Shown piece after piece: positions 1 through 11,270 of a DNA stretch of 64,000 nucleotides. The DNA is from Perkinsela sp. CCAP 1560/9. Taxonomy: Eukaryota; Protista; Euglenozoa: Kinetoplastea. Every line of letters starts with the position of its first letter. Positions within the stretch are counted from its first letter, which is position 1. Location: NCBI GenBank assembly GCA_965644495.1, contig CBFFSA010000004.1:992001-1056000 (forward strand), given 5' to 3'. The notes under the pieces were generated by a model. It was not told the origin of the DNA. It was given only the letters and a program-made list of their open reading frames with translations, and did no database searches. A program made the position numbers and the translations under genes.

Positions 1-684
1 CATCGAAAGGGAATCTTATTCAAGAACAATGAAACTTCTCCGAATTGTATATTGCTTCGTAATGCGGCAGACGATGTGCTACGTGAATTGGTACTAATGC
101 AAGATACAATTCAGAAGTATTCAACCTTTGTGGAAGTATTGGAGAGTTTTTCGTCTGAACGTATTCTTCTCTATGGCATAGATTTTGAAAACTTACTTCG
201 ATGGATGGTGAAATGGTTGATTCTATTTGAAGTTACGCGACTATTTCTTGATATGTGCATCTCGTGCAGCACCTCTAAGAGACAAAATGCTTTGGCCCTA
301 TCTGCAAAAAAACCCTCTACACCAAAGTTTTGGTTCTATCTCTTCACACATTACTGCCACAAAATTCAGCAACGTGAGCGCAGGTTAGATTTTTGCCTGT
401 ACATTGCCCAGTTCGTTCCTTTTTGTTTTTACATCATAGCTCTGTACCTCGCGATAAACACTTTGCAAAAGCAGTATGTTACTCTGTCTATTTTTACTAT
501 GAGTACATCCATCTTTCTCGGAGATTCCTCATTGTTACCGAGTTTTCTTGTTTCGATATTTGGTACCACTCTTTGGCTGATTAAGGATAGCATTGGCAAG
601 TTCTTTTACTGGACTCCTCATAACGAATTCTTGGCCTGCGAGCTTATTAACCCCGTTGAACACAACGGGATTCACTGGAATTAG
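1..684 (+). CDS. 5'-truncated membrane protein; weak resemblance to peroxin Pex16
   Basis: Frame is open from base 1 to the TAG at 684. Hydrophobic C-terminal segments. FVEVLE...RW...LFE..RL loosely recalls Pex16; family call is weak. Confidence 0.5.
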   Translation, partial: HRKGILFKNNETSPNCILLRNAADDVLRELVLMQDTIQKYSTFVEVLESFSSERILLYGIDFENLLRWMVKWLILFEVTRLFLDMCISCSTSKRQNALALSAKKPSTPKFWFYLFTHYCHKIQQRERRLDFCLYIAQFVPFCFYIIALYLAINTLQKQYVTLSIFTMSTSIFLGDSSLLPSFLVSIFGTTLWLIKDSIGKFFYWTPHNEFLACELINPVEHNGIHWN

Positions 685-927
685 ATGAATTTGTTATTTA
701 TAGAATTCCGTGAATACCATGAAGGTCAGTGAAGTATCATGAAGGTCAGCCGATATGCATTTATTGATAAGTGGTGAGCTTAGCACAGAAATTATCTAAT
801 GCACAAATTTTTCAAATGTTTGATGGCCACGCTTTCGTAGTTTCGTGGCATATTCATACCACTAAATCATCTAATTGTTCATAGAAACATATTTTAAGTT
901 TGTTGTTTCACCCGACATGAATTGCAT

Positions 928-1281
928 ATGCTGAGATTATCTTCAGTCCTTTTAAAAGCGCGTGGATATAAAAATTTGCGATCCGGGCAGAACAATTGGC
1001 GAATCGTTAAACGTCGCAGAGAGCTGGAAAAACGTCGCATTGAGCAAGCCCAGAATCATGTTCCCCCAACAGAGCCGACTAGAGCTCAAGCTCGTGCGCT
1101 TTATCGTTCTTTGCTGCGATATGCTTCAAAATCCCTCCGTCACACATCATTAAACTTCTTTCGTTCAATGCTGCGCCACGAGTTTAGCGTTACGGCTTCA
1201 GCAACATCAGGCCGTGTGCGAGGTATCATGTACGAAAAAGGGTGCTGGTTATTGAGGAACAAACTAGGCGGACTTCTTTGA
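928..1281 (+). CDS. LYR-motif mitochondrial protein
   Basis: ALYRSLLR...F..LRHEF LYR signature; basic N-terminus; first ATG at 928. Confidence 0.8.
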   Translation: MLRLSSVLLKARGYKNLRSGQNNWRIVKRRRELEKRRIEQAQNHVPPTEPTRAQARALYRSLLRYASKSLRHTSLNFFRSMLRHEFSVTASATSGRVRGIMYEKGCWLLRNKLGGLL

Positions 1282-1746
1282 GATACGTGTCCACCTCATT
1301 CCTGTCATTGAGTAATGCTACTTTTTCCATGTGAAGGGTAGTTATAAATTATTTCTTGCTTCACCAGGAAAAAGAGTAAAACAGAGTAGCACAGAATATA
1401 CTGGCTATCTAGTATACCATGTTCTTCGAGATACTTCTGCAAGTTTCCGAATACCTTGTTTTCAAAATTCATTTTTTGAGTGACACGCAACCCAGGGATG
1501 ACACGCACGTACATCAATGTATTCATTATGCTTTCAATTCGTACATGTTTTAACGTGCAACACAGTCGTTTAGCTGCCTTTTTACGGCTTTATGATATTC
1601 CCTAAAGTCCTTTTTGTATTAGTTGGTCTCTTAAGTTATGCACAACTCATTTTCTTACAGTGTTGATCACATCATTTAGTCGTACGGCGCTTCCAAATAA
1701 TGGTGCCTAGCTAATGTGAGCTTATTCATCAGTTCGTAATTATTTC

Positions 1747-2862
1747 ATGCTTCTAGAGACACTTCTGGACAAGCTCTCTAGGTTTGAGAACCATTTTCCA
1801 AAGAGAAAAATGTTGTTGCATCTTCAATTCAATGACTCGGAAGTAAATGATACGAAGCATATTCAGTGGAAACTAATTAGTACAGCCCCTGATGTAGCAA
1901 ACGCCACATTGAGTTCTTCGATTCTTGAACAAGGCTGCATTGGTAATGATGGGTTTTCCTTTACCTACGTAGAGCAATTCGTCGCACTACTGCGAAGTTG
2001 GCTAATGAAAATGCTCATAGTAACATCTGAGAAGAGAGAAGTACGAGGTTCTGTATTTCGCAGTATTACTCAAATAGAACTAAGCTTGTTACGGAACCTT
2101 CGGAAAGCCATAAACTTTCGAATCAATGTTGAGACTACACTGTGTGGCGTTTTTGAGTATACATCAGAAGATTTCATTCCCGATCGCATTCACACAATGT
2201 GCGACATTTCAAATTTCCGTTCCGACAACATTGATTGCTCTACAAACACCGAAAATGATGCAGGAAGAATAAGTGCAGGGCATAGCGTGACCTCAGATTA
2301 TTCAAATCACTCTGGAGCGGCTTCACTTGAGAATCTAATCTACTATTCTTTGGCTTCTTTTCCCACTACAAGAAATGGTTCACTTTGTTTTATGCTCGAT
2401 TGGGACGCTGTAAAACGGCATACTTTCCAGTCTCAAAACGCTCTCTCTGCGGTGTATGCCTCACCTTCTTTTACCCTCAATCAAATACTTAAGCCAACTG
2501 GCTTTGTATTGGCAGATGGGGACGTCAACAAGACATACATTATTACTCTCAGCGATGGAACAGTTTTCGATGCTCAAGAACGTTCTATGTCCTTTCCATG
2601 CTGGATAGCCTCGAACTTTGAGAGTCTCATGTACTTGCTTGAGCACGCTCAATTTCCCCCAGTGATATGCAAAAAAGATCACACGGAGACACATAAGGCT
2701 TTGCGCCTAATGTCAAAATACATTAGGAATCTTCTTTTCCGGACGGGCAAGGCATCATACTTTCTTGCGAATGCCACAGAGTTACTGAATACGAATGACC
2801 GTGACAAATATATCCAATGTGATGCAGCTATTTACTCTTTTTTATGTAGTTTGCTCTTTTGA
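1747..2862 (+). CDS. hypothetical protein, 371 aa
   Basis: Long ATG ORF on the cluster strand; no recognised motif. Confidence 0.65.
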   Translation: MLLETLLDKLSRFENHFPKRKMLLHLQFNDSEVNDTKHIQWKLISTAPDVANATLSSSILEQGCIGNDGFSFTYVEQFVALLRSWLMKMLIVTSEKREVRGSVFRSITQIELSLLRNLRKAINFRINVETTLCGVFEYTSEDFIPDRIHTMCDISNFRSDNIDCSTNTENDAGRISAGHSVTSDYSNHSGAASLENLIYYSLASFPTTRNGSLCFMLDWDAVKRHTFQSQNALSAVYASPSFTLNQILKPTGFVLADGDVNKTYIITLSDGTVFDAQERSMSFPCWIASNFESLMYLLEHAQFPPVICKKDHTETHKALRLMSKYIRNLLFRTGKASYFLANATELLNTNDRDKYIQCDAAIYSFLCSLLF

Positions 2863-3340
2863 TAACGTGGTATACCTTGCAACTTGCCAATTGAAGTCAG
2901 TCTCTGAGTCAAAAAATCCGACCAATAATTATATTGCAGTATTTGCTCAAAAGAATCATTTTACGTCCGCCCCGGACGTATTGTCTTGTTTCAGTCATAT
3001 TCCAACACACACTGGCCTTGCTACGAACACGTCCACGAAAGCTCGGAAGGAGTCGTTGTAGGATTGATAAAAAACTGGTAGTACAAGTGAAGTGGATTGG
3101 AGCAATTGACTTCCATTCTTTTGAAAATAACACCAGTAATTAAAATCTCTCGTGCAAAAACTATGCTGGGTATACCAGCTACGAGTTTGAAGTCTTTAGA
3201 AAATAAATGCAATACATCTGATACGCATCTTATATACAGGCCCTTTTGTATACGCTCTAACTCAAGCATGCACCTCGAACATTACAAAAATGTATGTACA
3301 TTATACATTTGGCTTATTACTATAATCTAATGCGCAATAC

Positions 3341-4831
3341 ATGAGCCGTGCACTTGTTTCACTTATTTCCAATACGCCAACCTGTTCTATTTTAGTTACA
3401 CTTTCGTCTGAATACCACGCGAGACCTACTGAAGAAGAGCTTGGTCGACATTTTGGACTGTACACTAAAAGACTGTTTTTACCTTCCCGCGATGATGCTA
3501 TGTTCAGTATTCTTTTTGACTTTTCATCGCAAGAAGAAGCCATATGCAGCGTCGACAAATGCAGAGAGTCAATCAGCGTTTCTTCTGTTGACTTGATTGA
3601 AACTGCTTTCGTAAATATGCGCGTAATACAATTTTTAGCTGAAGGCGGGGCAGAGTTACTTCTCAAAGAGAAAGTACAGGTTCCATCAAGCTGGGCTAAT
3701 GTTGGTAAAAGTGACGAATTCAGAAATCCTGAGCGGATTGAAATGAGGTGCGTGAAGTTTGGTGAACAAAAGTGCGAATCGGAGCAAACGTCTTGCTATC
3801 GCGAGAATTCCTCGGAACAAAGCGGGCAATCTACTAATAATTCCCCAGCAACTCAAAGTACGGCAGAGGTAGGCTGCTCAAATTCCGATGCTACAAACAT
3901 TGACGCTCCCAGATTCAAAAGGCCAAAGAAGCTTTCAAAACATTTACTCTTGGAGAGTATGCCGATCTTATCTCTGGAAATGCGCCCTAAAACACCTACA
4001 GTTCGACCTATCGGAACTGGTATGCCCTACCTTATTGTTTTTTACGTACCTCTCAAGCTCAGTCTTGATCGATTATTTCGATTTTTTTCACTCTACGGCG
4101 ATATTCTCACAATTAGACGGGTTACATCTCCTCTCGACCTTGCCTTGTCAGCTTTCAAGGGAAATATTGGCTCATCACGGGGTGAGGTGTCGCCCGTCTT
4201 GCTGAGGTATGTGACGGCGGACCAAGCGTGTTGCGCAGCAAATATGCTTCGCAGCTTTCCTGCTTCTCTTTCTCATCTGGGCATACGCTCCCTCTCTTGC
4301 ATACAGGCACCTTCGAGGTTTCTGGACCGTTTTCGAACTGTAGCTGAAAGCTCAAGGAATGGTTTAGAGCGTTCCGCATCAGTAGCGTCCGAGGTGTATT
4401 CCATTGAAAGCGATCCGCGAGATACTGAGTGTCTTTCGCACGACTATTCAGTATCACATATCGATCACCGCTATGAGATGTCACCGCTTCACCCGCGGTT
4501 GGAGGCGCATCGCTGCCCTCCCACACGTTTCCTCTATGCTCTGAACCTTGCACCCGAGACCACAGCAAGCGACTTGAAAGAATGTATTGAATTATCGGAA
4601 TCGATGAATCAAGCGCTTAAGGTTCATTCTATTCGTATGCTAGAGTTCGAATCACAACAAACTCTTGAATCGTGCTCTATCGAATCGGAACGTGCGGCGG
4701 AACTTGAGTTCGAGGAAATATCGTCTGCCGTTGATGCCCTTAGCACGATTCATGACTTTGTTCTTAATTCACAGCCCTTAAAAATTGTCTTTTCTGCGCC
4801 CACTATACAACCAGCATGGCATCTGAGATAA
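3341..4831 (+). CDS. PTB/hnRNP L-like RRM RNA-binding protein
   Basis: LFRFFSLYGDI matches the PTB RRM3 pattern. PPTRFLYALNL...AELEFEEISSAVDAL...LKIVFS matches the RRM4 pattern. Confidence 0.7.
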   Translation: MSRALVSLISNTPTCSILVTLSSEYHARPTEEELGRHFGLYTKRLFLPSRDDAMFSILFDFSSQEEAICSVDKCRESISVSSVDLIETAFVNMRVIQFLAEGGAELLLKEKVQVPSSWANVGKSDEFRNPERIEMRCVKFGEQKCESEQTSCYRENSSEQSGQSTNNSPATQSTAEVGCSNSDATNIDAPRFKRPKKLSKHLLLESMPILSLEMRPKTPTVRPIGTGMPYLIVFYVPLKLSLDRLFRFFSLYGDILTIRRVTSPLDLALSAFKGNIGSSRGEVSPVLLRYVTADQACCAANMLRSFPASLSHLGIRSLSCIQAPSRFLDRFRTVAESSRNGLERSASVASEVYSIESDPRDTECLSHDYSVSHIDHRYEMSPLHPRLEAHRCPPTRFLYALNLAPETTASDLKECIELSESMNQALKVHSIRMLEFESQQTLESCSIESERAAELEFEEISSAVDALSTIHDFVLNSQPLKIVFSAPTIQPAWHLR

Positions 4832-5151
4832 TGAATCTTCCTGGGGGAGTTCATATTGAATGTGAACATATTGAACATAAAGGAATACAATGTACGACAT
4901 ATTTCATTACTGTGGCACAGCCTTCTTTTCTCTATATTAGAAACCTATGCCTTTATATTAGAAGCCATACATGACCTCTTTGTATGCCTTAATTTTCCCA
5001 AAAGGGGGGAGTATTATGATCCAGTATTATTGTACTTGTGGTCACGTAATATTCCAAATATCCCAATATAGAATATTCTCTAAATATTCCAAACATAGAA
5101 TGGACAGGCAGTAACATTTATTTCACATAGACCTCTATCAAACATTGCCCC

Positions 5152-7164
5152 ATGCGAACTCCCATTCGAGGTCCAGAAGAAACAAAAACGTATGCCCCTG
5201 TAACCCCAAAAAGTCATCTGCGTAATTCGGAGGAGAGAAAGGCGTTGTATGAACGGTCCATTCGGAATAAGGCCGAATTCTGGGATGAAATGGCGCAGGG
5301 TTTCTTTTGGCAAACTCCCTACGACAAAGACAACATTTTCACCTATAACTATGACTACCGCCGGGGCAAAGTTCAGCAGCAATGGTTTCCCAAGGGAATG
5401 ACAAATATGTGTTACAACTGTTTAGATCGTCACATTGAAGGTGGCAATGGGGCACGCGTCGCGTTTTTCTGGGAAGGTAACGAGGAGACGGAGGCGGAGG
5501 TCTGGACCTACGCCCAACTCCACGAGGCGGTCCTCCAAATGACCCGGGCGCTCCGTTCGCACTACCAAGTCTCCCCCGGGGAGGTCGTCTCGGCCTATCT
5601 CCCCATGACCCCCATGGCGCCGGTTCTGATGCTCGCCTGTGCGCGCCTCGGGGCCGTCTGTAACGTCATCTTCGCCGGGTTCAGTGCCCACGCCGTCGCG
5701 GGTCGTCTCCTCGACTCCCGCAGCCGTCTTATCGTCACCGCGGACCGCACCCACCGCGGGACGAAACCCATTCATCTCAAACCCATCATCGATGCGGCCG
5801 TGGCGGAGTGTGAGGCCTCGAATTGGTTTGTCCACACGTTGGTCCTCTCCCGCGCCCCCGCTGCGGCCCGGGGGGCTGTCCCGATGACCGCTGGACGGGA
5901 TCGCTGGTACGATCGGCTTCCCCACCGGGGGGAGGGGACAGCTGACATCCACTGGGTGGGGTCGGAGCACCCGCTGTTCATGCTCTACACCTCCGGGAGT
6001 ACCGGCCAGCCGAAGGGGGTTGTCCACACCACCGGGGGGTACATGGTCTATGCCGGGACCACGTTTCGGTTCATCTTTGATGTCAAGCGGGAGGGATCCG
6101 ATGTGTATTTCTGTACCGGGGATGTGGGGTGGATCACGGGCCACACCTACGGGGTGTTTGGACCGCTGCTGTGCGGGGCCACGAGTGTGATGCTGGAGGG
6201 GATGCCGTTGTATCCGGACCCCGGGCGGTGGTGGCGGGTGGTGGATCGGTACGCGGTGAGTATTCTGTACACCGCACCCACCGCGATACGGGCGTTAATG
6301 AGGGAAGGGGATGGGTTTCTGGAGAAAACACATCGGAGGTCGCTGCGGTTGCTGGGGTCCGTGGGGGAGCCGATTAATGTGGCCGCCTGGGAGTGGTTTT
6401 ATCACAAGGTGGGGAACGGACGGTGTGACTTGGTGGATACGTGGTGGCAGACAGAGACGGGGGGGATTATGATTACGCCATTGCCTGGGTGTACCGAACT
6501 GAAGCCCGGGTCCGCCTCGTTGCCGTTCTTTGGAATTGAGCCTGTGGTTCTGAACGCGGCCGGGGAGGAACTCCAGGGCCCCGGTGAGGGGTATCTTGCG
6601 ATACGCGCACCGTGGCCGGGCCAAGGACGCACGATTCACCGTGACCACGAGAGGTACACGGAGCTCTATTTCCAGCCGTTCCCGGGGTATTATTTCACTG
6701 GGGACGGCTGCCGTCGTGATGATTCCGGCTACTACTGGGTGACGGGACGTGTGGACGACGTTTTGAATGTGAGTGGTCACCGTATTGGGTCCGGGGAAGT
6801 GGAGAATGCCATTAACCACCATGACGGGGTTGTGGAGAGTGCGGTGGTGTCCGTTCCCCACCCAATCAAGGGGGAGGGGATCTATGCCTTTGTGACGTTT
6901 GTCCCCGGGATTGAGGTCACGTCCGGGGCTGTGCACGCGGTGAGGCAAACAGTGCGGGATAAGATTGGCCCGATTGCGACACCCGATGCAATTCAACCGG
7001 CTCCGGGGCTTCCAAAAACACGCTCCGGTAAGATAATGCGACGTGTACTGCGATGTATCGCACAGGGACAGGAGGACAACTTTGGGGATGTTACCACCTT
7101 GGCTGATCCGAGTGTTATTCCCTGCCTCGTGTCATTACACCGGGAGTGGGTGTCGGAAAAGTAA
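5152..7164 (+). CDS. ACS: acetyl-CoA synthetase (AMP-forming)
   Basis: YTSGSTGQPKG, GWITGH, DTWWQTETGG, GRVDD, PKTRSGKIMRR motifs. Confidence 0.97.
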   Translation: MRTPIRGPEETKTYAPVTPKSHLRNSEERKALYERSIRNKAEFWDEMAQGFFWQTPYDKDNIFTYNYDYRRGKVQQQWFPKGMTNMCYNCLDRHIEGGNGARVAFFWEGNEETEAEVWTYAQLHEAVLQMTRALRSHYQVSPGEVVSAYLPMTPMAPVLMLACARLGAVCNVIFAGFSAHAVAGRLLDSRSRLIVTADRTHRGTKPIHLKPIIDAAVAECEASNWFVHTLVLSRAPAAARGAVPMTAGRDRWYDRLPHRGEGTADIHWVGSEHPLFMLYTSGSTGQPKGVVHTTGGYMVYAGTTFRFIFDVKREGSDVYFCTGDVGWITGHTYGVFGPLLCGATSVMLEGMPLYPDPGRWWRVVDRYAVSILYTAPTAIRALMREGDGFLEKTHRRSLRLLGSVGEPINVAAWEWFYHKVGNGRCDLVDTWWQTETGGIMITPLPGCTELKPGSASLPFFGIEPVVLNAAGEELQGPGEGYLAIRAPWPGQGRTIHRDHERYTELYFQPFPGYYFTGDGCRRDDSGYYWVTGRVDDVLNVSGHRIGSGEVENAINHHDGVVESAVVSVPHPIKGEGIYAFVTFVPGIEVTSGAVHAVRQTVRDKIGPIATPDAIQPAPGLPKTRSGKIMRRVLRCIAQGQEDNFGDVTTLADPSVIPCLVSLHREWVSEK

Positions 7165-7296
7165 TTGAGGAGAACATCACATGTAGTAACTCCTGGAGAC
7201 GATTCATTGACCACAAAAACCGGGTGAGACAATAAAGAAGGCTATTGTTTCGTGTTGTTATACATCCGCTATTTACATGTACGTCTTATTTGCGTA

Positions 7297-7623
7297 CTGT
7301 GAACCCCCCCCTTTATACTTCGCTGGTCAGGGCCCCCCTTTATACTTCGTTTTTCGTTTGCCCCCTCCGAAAGGGGGGCGATTGCTTTGAAAAAAAAATG
7401 TAATTTTTCTAAGAATTTTAGAAAAAAACAAGACCGTTCTAAGTCTTCCCTTCTAGAAATGGAAGGTGATATAGAAGGAAAGACTGGAAAACAGGATGAG
7501 CCGCGCCGCGAAGTGGCGCGGCCTTTTTTTACACTTTTTTTTACAGCGGGGAAAAAATTCAGACCCCCCCCTTTATACTTCGTTACTGCTCAAAATGGGC
7601 GAAGTATAAAGGGGGGGTCACAG
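7297..7623. mobile_element. MITE, Tc1/mariner/pogo type
   Basis: TIRs ctgtga(a)cccccccctttatacttcgc / gcgaagtataaagggggggtcacag, flanked by TA on both sides; internal repeats of ccctttatacttcg. Confidence 0.85.
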
Positions 7624-7943
7624 TATGTCTATTTACATGTATATCTTGACTCGTTGCGAAGTCAGGCACCTGCATATTTCTCTGTTTGGAGAAGCACATA
7701 CCCTTGAGCGGAAGATTTTGAGTAGCATTGGATAACGATAGGGAAAATTATTTCTATTTCTCCAGGAGATTTCTAATCAGTGGTTATAAGGTGTGGGGTA
7801 TTGTATGGTCACCATACCTACTACGCCATGCTACTACACCATACTGTGGTGTAGTATGTGTATGAAACACGGTCTGTCGCATAAATATGTCGCATTGTAA
7901 TTCTTATTCTTATTGTCATCTTTTCGTAATCCATACTACGACT

Positions 7944-8207
7944 ATGGCGTCTTTCTTTAACGGAGTGATCGAACACATAACAACTCAAGGTTCAACACAG
8001 CATGCCAAATCGGGAGTGCGAGTTCTCTTAAATCTCACTACATATGCCCTTTTCATTTTTTGGTTCGTGACCAGTGTCATTACGTGGAAAGTACATGAGT
8101 TACGGTGGCCTATGGCAGGTTTCGGAGCGCTTTTGCTATGTTTTATTTACACGTCCCGTTTCTTTCTCCGCCATCTAGATGAAGAACAGACTACGAAGGA
8201 AGATTAA
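7944..8207 (+). CDS. small two-TM ER protein, Pkr1-like (V-ATPase assembly factor)
   Basis: MASFF..VIE.I...G start, two TM segments, FF.R.L then a charged tail; size and layout fit Pkr1. Confidence 0.45.
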   Translation: MASFFNGVIEHITTQGSTQHAKSGVRVLLNLTTYALFIFWFVTSVITWKVHELRWPMAGFGALLLCFIYTSRFFLRHLDEEQTTKED

Positions 8208-8455
8208 TGCGGATATTCTTGATTGTCCGTTATCGACACTTATTAGGACTAGGTTTCATCACTGTTTACAGATAGGGGGTACTTTCGCACAACGCCGTAC
8301 TCAAAGAAATGTAATAAATGTGTTACATCACTCGTCACAAAGAGATTGAGAGTCAAGTACAATGTTATTGAGTTTTTCATTACGTCCGAGAAAACAATTT
8401 TATAGTCTTATTAGCTTTTCTTAAAAGAATCTCTGAACTTTTTGGACGTTTCATC

Positions 8456-9034
8456 ATGTTCAGCTTGCGCTATGGATTATTTTGCGTGATGTCGGTGCTT
8501 ACCCAAGAGAAAGTTGAATCCGAGGCGAACTTACAAGCTGCTCATCCGCACGCACTTCGAGGCATTGTTACTGGGCTTTCTAGAAGTGAATTGAAAGAAA
8601 CCAAACTTGACATCTTCCCTACCAATGAAATTGTCCTACCAAGAGAGGACGGTTCATTTATCTTGTGGAATTTGTTAGAAGGGTACTCGTATCGAGTGTT
8701 CATCAGTACACCAACACATCGATTTTCCATCTATCGCGTAGAAGTGGCGCCTTCGGGAATTCGAATTGTCGTAAACAATGGCACGTATAGTACATTTTAC
8801 GAGTCGCGTGGCGACAGTACAACTCTGCATAACATTCTTGTACCATTTCAGCCCGAAAGTCGCATCAGCTATGCGAACGAAACCCCTCTGTGGGATCCCT
8901 TAAGTTTCTTACGACAGCCTCTTGTTCTTTTGATGCTTGTGTCCTTGGGGATTACGTATATTATTCCTAAATTAGTTTCCGAAGAGGAAATGAAGGCTTC
9001 TTTAGATGAGATCAGGCAGAGAGCACAGGGATAA
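8456..9034 (+). CDS. EMC7: ER membrane protein complex subunit 7
   Basis: DGSF...L..G.SY....F..YRVEV domain, then PLSFLRQPLVLLM-TM-PKL...EM C-terminus. Confidence 0.8.
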   Translation: MFSLRYGLFCVMSVLTQEKVESEANLQAAHPHALRGIVTGLSRSELKETKLDIFPTNEIVLPREDGSFILWNLLEGYSYRVFISTPTHRFSIYRVEVAPSGIRIVVNNGTYSTFYESRGDSTTLHNILVPFQPESRISYANETPLWDPLSFLRQPLVLLMLVSLGITYIIPKLVSEEEMKASLDEIRQRAQG

Positions 9035-9507
9035 TGGGCCACGTTTAAGTGTACATTCATGCCCGTGACGCTGAATCGCTTTGACGTTGGTTCAAACAGC
9101 TTAAGAGGAGAGTTAATTTTTACCTAGCTCCCCGACTCATTAGAAGGCATGAGCATCAAGAATCATTTCTCCGATGAAGTTGACTCAGGCGAACCGGGCG
9201 GGCTGTACTCTTTAAATCTTACTGGGTCTTTCATAGAATCCCAACTTGAGTGGTGTGTATCGTCCATCGCGTATGACTCAGAAAATGCGGCAAAAAGAGA
9301 AATCCTTTCTTATTACTGTCTACAAGATTAACCTTCATTTACCTAAGGAAGATAAATTTATTACCTTTATTTACCTTCATAGTAAAAAATATGCAATTGT
9401 AGTATTACAAGGTATTATTACAGGTAGTTGTGTACATTCTTGTCTCTGGTTTCTTGTGCTTCTTGTTTGTTACTCTAACCTAGGTGTACTCACCTAGCAG
9501 ACTTTGC

Positions 9508-10091
9508 GGTGAAAGTGAAGCATTATTGCGCCAAAATTATATTTTTATATATTTTTCAAATATTGGTTTAAAACGAGTATGTTTTCTTTTAGAGTGTGTC
9601 AGATTATTAAAAATACAAACTTTTTTCACGGTTTATCACTATGAACTGCGCACAACAACACAATTAATTAAGTTATGTGCTGGAAGCCGAACCGTAACCT
9701 GCACTGATTGCTGGCGAACGAGTCGCTCGCTGGGAAACGGCTTGCGGCATGAGACAGTTAATCATCAACGATCTTTGGTACACTCCAACACTGTTGAACG
9801 CATGAATGAGATGCTCAAGAGGGCAGTACGATCCCATGGAAATGGGACCCTTGTGTGCTTTGATGAAGAAAGAAAGAAACACTAAAGTTCAGCGGAGAAG
9901 TCGTCAATGATCTGAAGATCGGAAATAGCGAGGGAAATCCTTTAAAACAGCTGTGCGAAGATCTCTAATTAATGTGAAGACTCAGCTTTCTAGAAGCGAA
10001 ATCAAAAGAAACAAGTAGTAGCGGCCCATAAACCAAAAAAAAACTTCATTTATTTTTTTCAAAAAAGGCGCAATAATGCTTCACTTTGACC
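9508..10091 (+). mobile_element. Merlin (IS1595-like) DNA transposon, internally deleted
   Basis: 25-bp TIRs ggt(g/c)aaagtgaagcattattgcgcc; perfect 8-bp TSD GACTTTGC (9500-9507, 10092-10099); residual transposase TDCW...HETVNH...HSNTVE...LKR. Confidence 0.92.
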
Positions 10092-10126
10092 GACTTTGCT
10101 TCTTTTTTTATTACACTTTGAACTCT

Positions 10127-10804
10127 ATGGAAACTGTGAACACTGCTCTCTCAATTCCCTTGCAATTCGGATATTCTGTCCTGCACACGTGTAGTGCTTG
10201 TGGGACGGTATACGGACCTGCAGTTTCTTCCTGCCTACTCTGTTCTGAATCGATCGAAAGCTCAAAGGAATCGTCGCGTCCACCTGATAATAGTGCTGTT
10301 CCTCATACGTCCTCAGGAATTCAATTTGACATATCCGCGAAGAATACGTTAAATCAACAAACATGGATTGCCTTGGCGTCTCAAATATATCATGGTGTCG
10401 TGTCTCGCCCCGGTGACTCGGATCCGAGCCCTTCACTATCGACACTAATTGACGACGCGATTGAGAAGGAAATAGTGGAATTTATTCTTCCAAGACAGGT
10501 TTCTGACTTTCTGTTGCCTTCACCGGTTTCTTATTTTTGTGAGCGCTCGAGGTTACAACAGTCTAGTTCCAAAACGGCAGTAGTTTGTCGTGAACTCAAA
10601 GAGTACGAGTGCTTCCGTCCCGTAAAGCGTGTCATGAAAGAAATATGTCAAAAAAAGAGCACAGTGTCACAGGAAGAAAAATCTGATATATGGGAATGTA
10701 CACATTGTACGTTTTATAATAGCTGCAAGAAACAACGGAGATGTGAGTGCTGCAATGCCTTGCGCGCATTTGAATCAAAGATCATCAGCACGATCCCGTC
10801 CTAG
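10127..10804 (+). CDS. RanBP2-type zinc-finger protein
   Basis: C-terminal WECTHCTFYN...CECC and N-terminal CSAC...CLLC. The ATG at 10076 lies in the Merlin TIR, so 10127 is preferred. Confidence 0.7.
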   Translation: METVNTALSIPLQFGYSVLHTCSACGTVYGPAVSSCLLCSESIESSKESSRPPDNSAVPHTSSGIQFDISAKNTLNQQTWIALASQIYHGVVSRPGDSDPSPSLSTLIDDAIEKEIVEFILPRQVSDFLLPSPVSYFCERSRLQQSSSKTAVVCRELKEYECFRPVKRVMKEICQKKSTVSQEEKSDIWECTHCTFYNSCKKQRRCECCNALRAFESKIISTIPS

Positions 10805-11270
10805 CACAACTTGCAAAAATTATTTTTCGTACCTGTTTAGTTATTTTCACTTGCTTTGAACGAATTAGAAATGTAGCATAATTTGTTTTCTTGGAGAATA
10901 TCAAGATTTCGAAGAATCCTCGAGGAACCAATCTAGATTGGTGTTCTGTCCTTTAACTTGCTGCTAAGTCTCTATACTTGCCCTAGTTCGCATTCCTAGC
11001 TTCAATCTCTATGCACAATACCAGATTACATGTACATGAACCTTTTTAATATGCACCCCCCCCCTTTTTTAAATATGCACGTGAAGTCTTTTAGTTACTT
11101 CCTTGAATAACTAAGGGGGTAACGTTACAATACCGTAAATACAGTAAAATCACGCAAAATATGCAATTCATGCGATATCACACACAGTGTTTAATTTTGC
11201 AGTAAGAAACCCTTTATGATTCCGCCCACACGTTCACGCTAGTCTATATTTCTGTGCGACCTCCAACATC

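Noticed and set aside
5422-6996. Long antisense ORFs over ACS, NPC1, CAP-H and EF-1alpha
   Set aside because: Shadow frames of GC-rich coding sequence.
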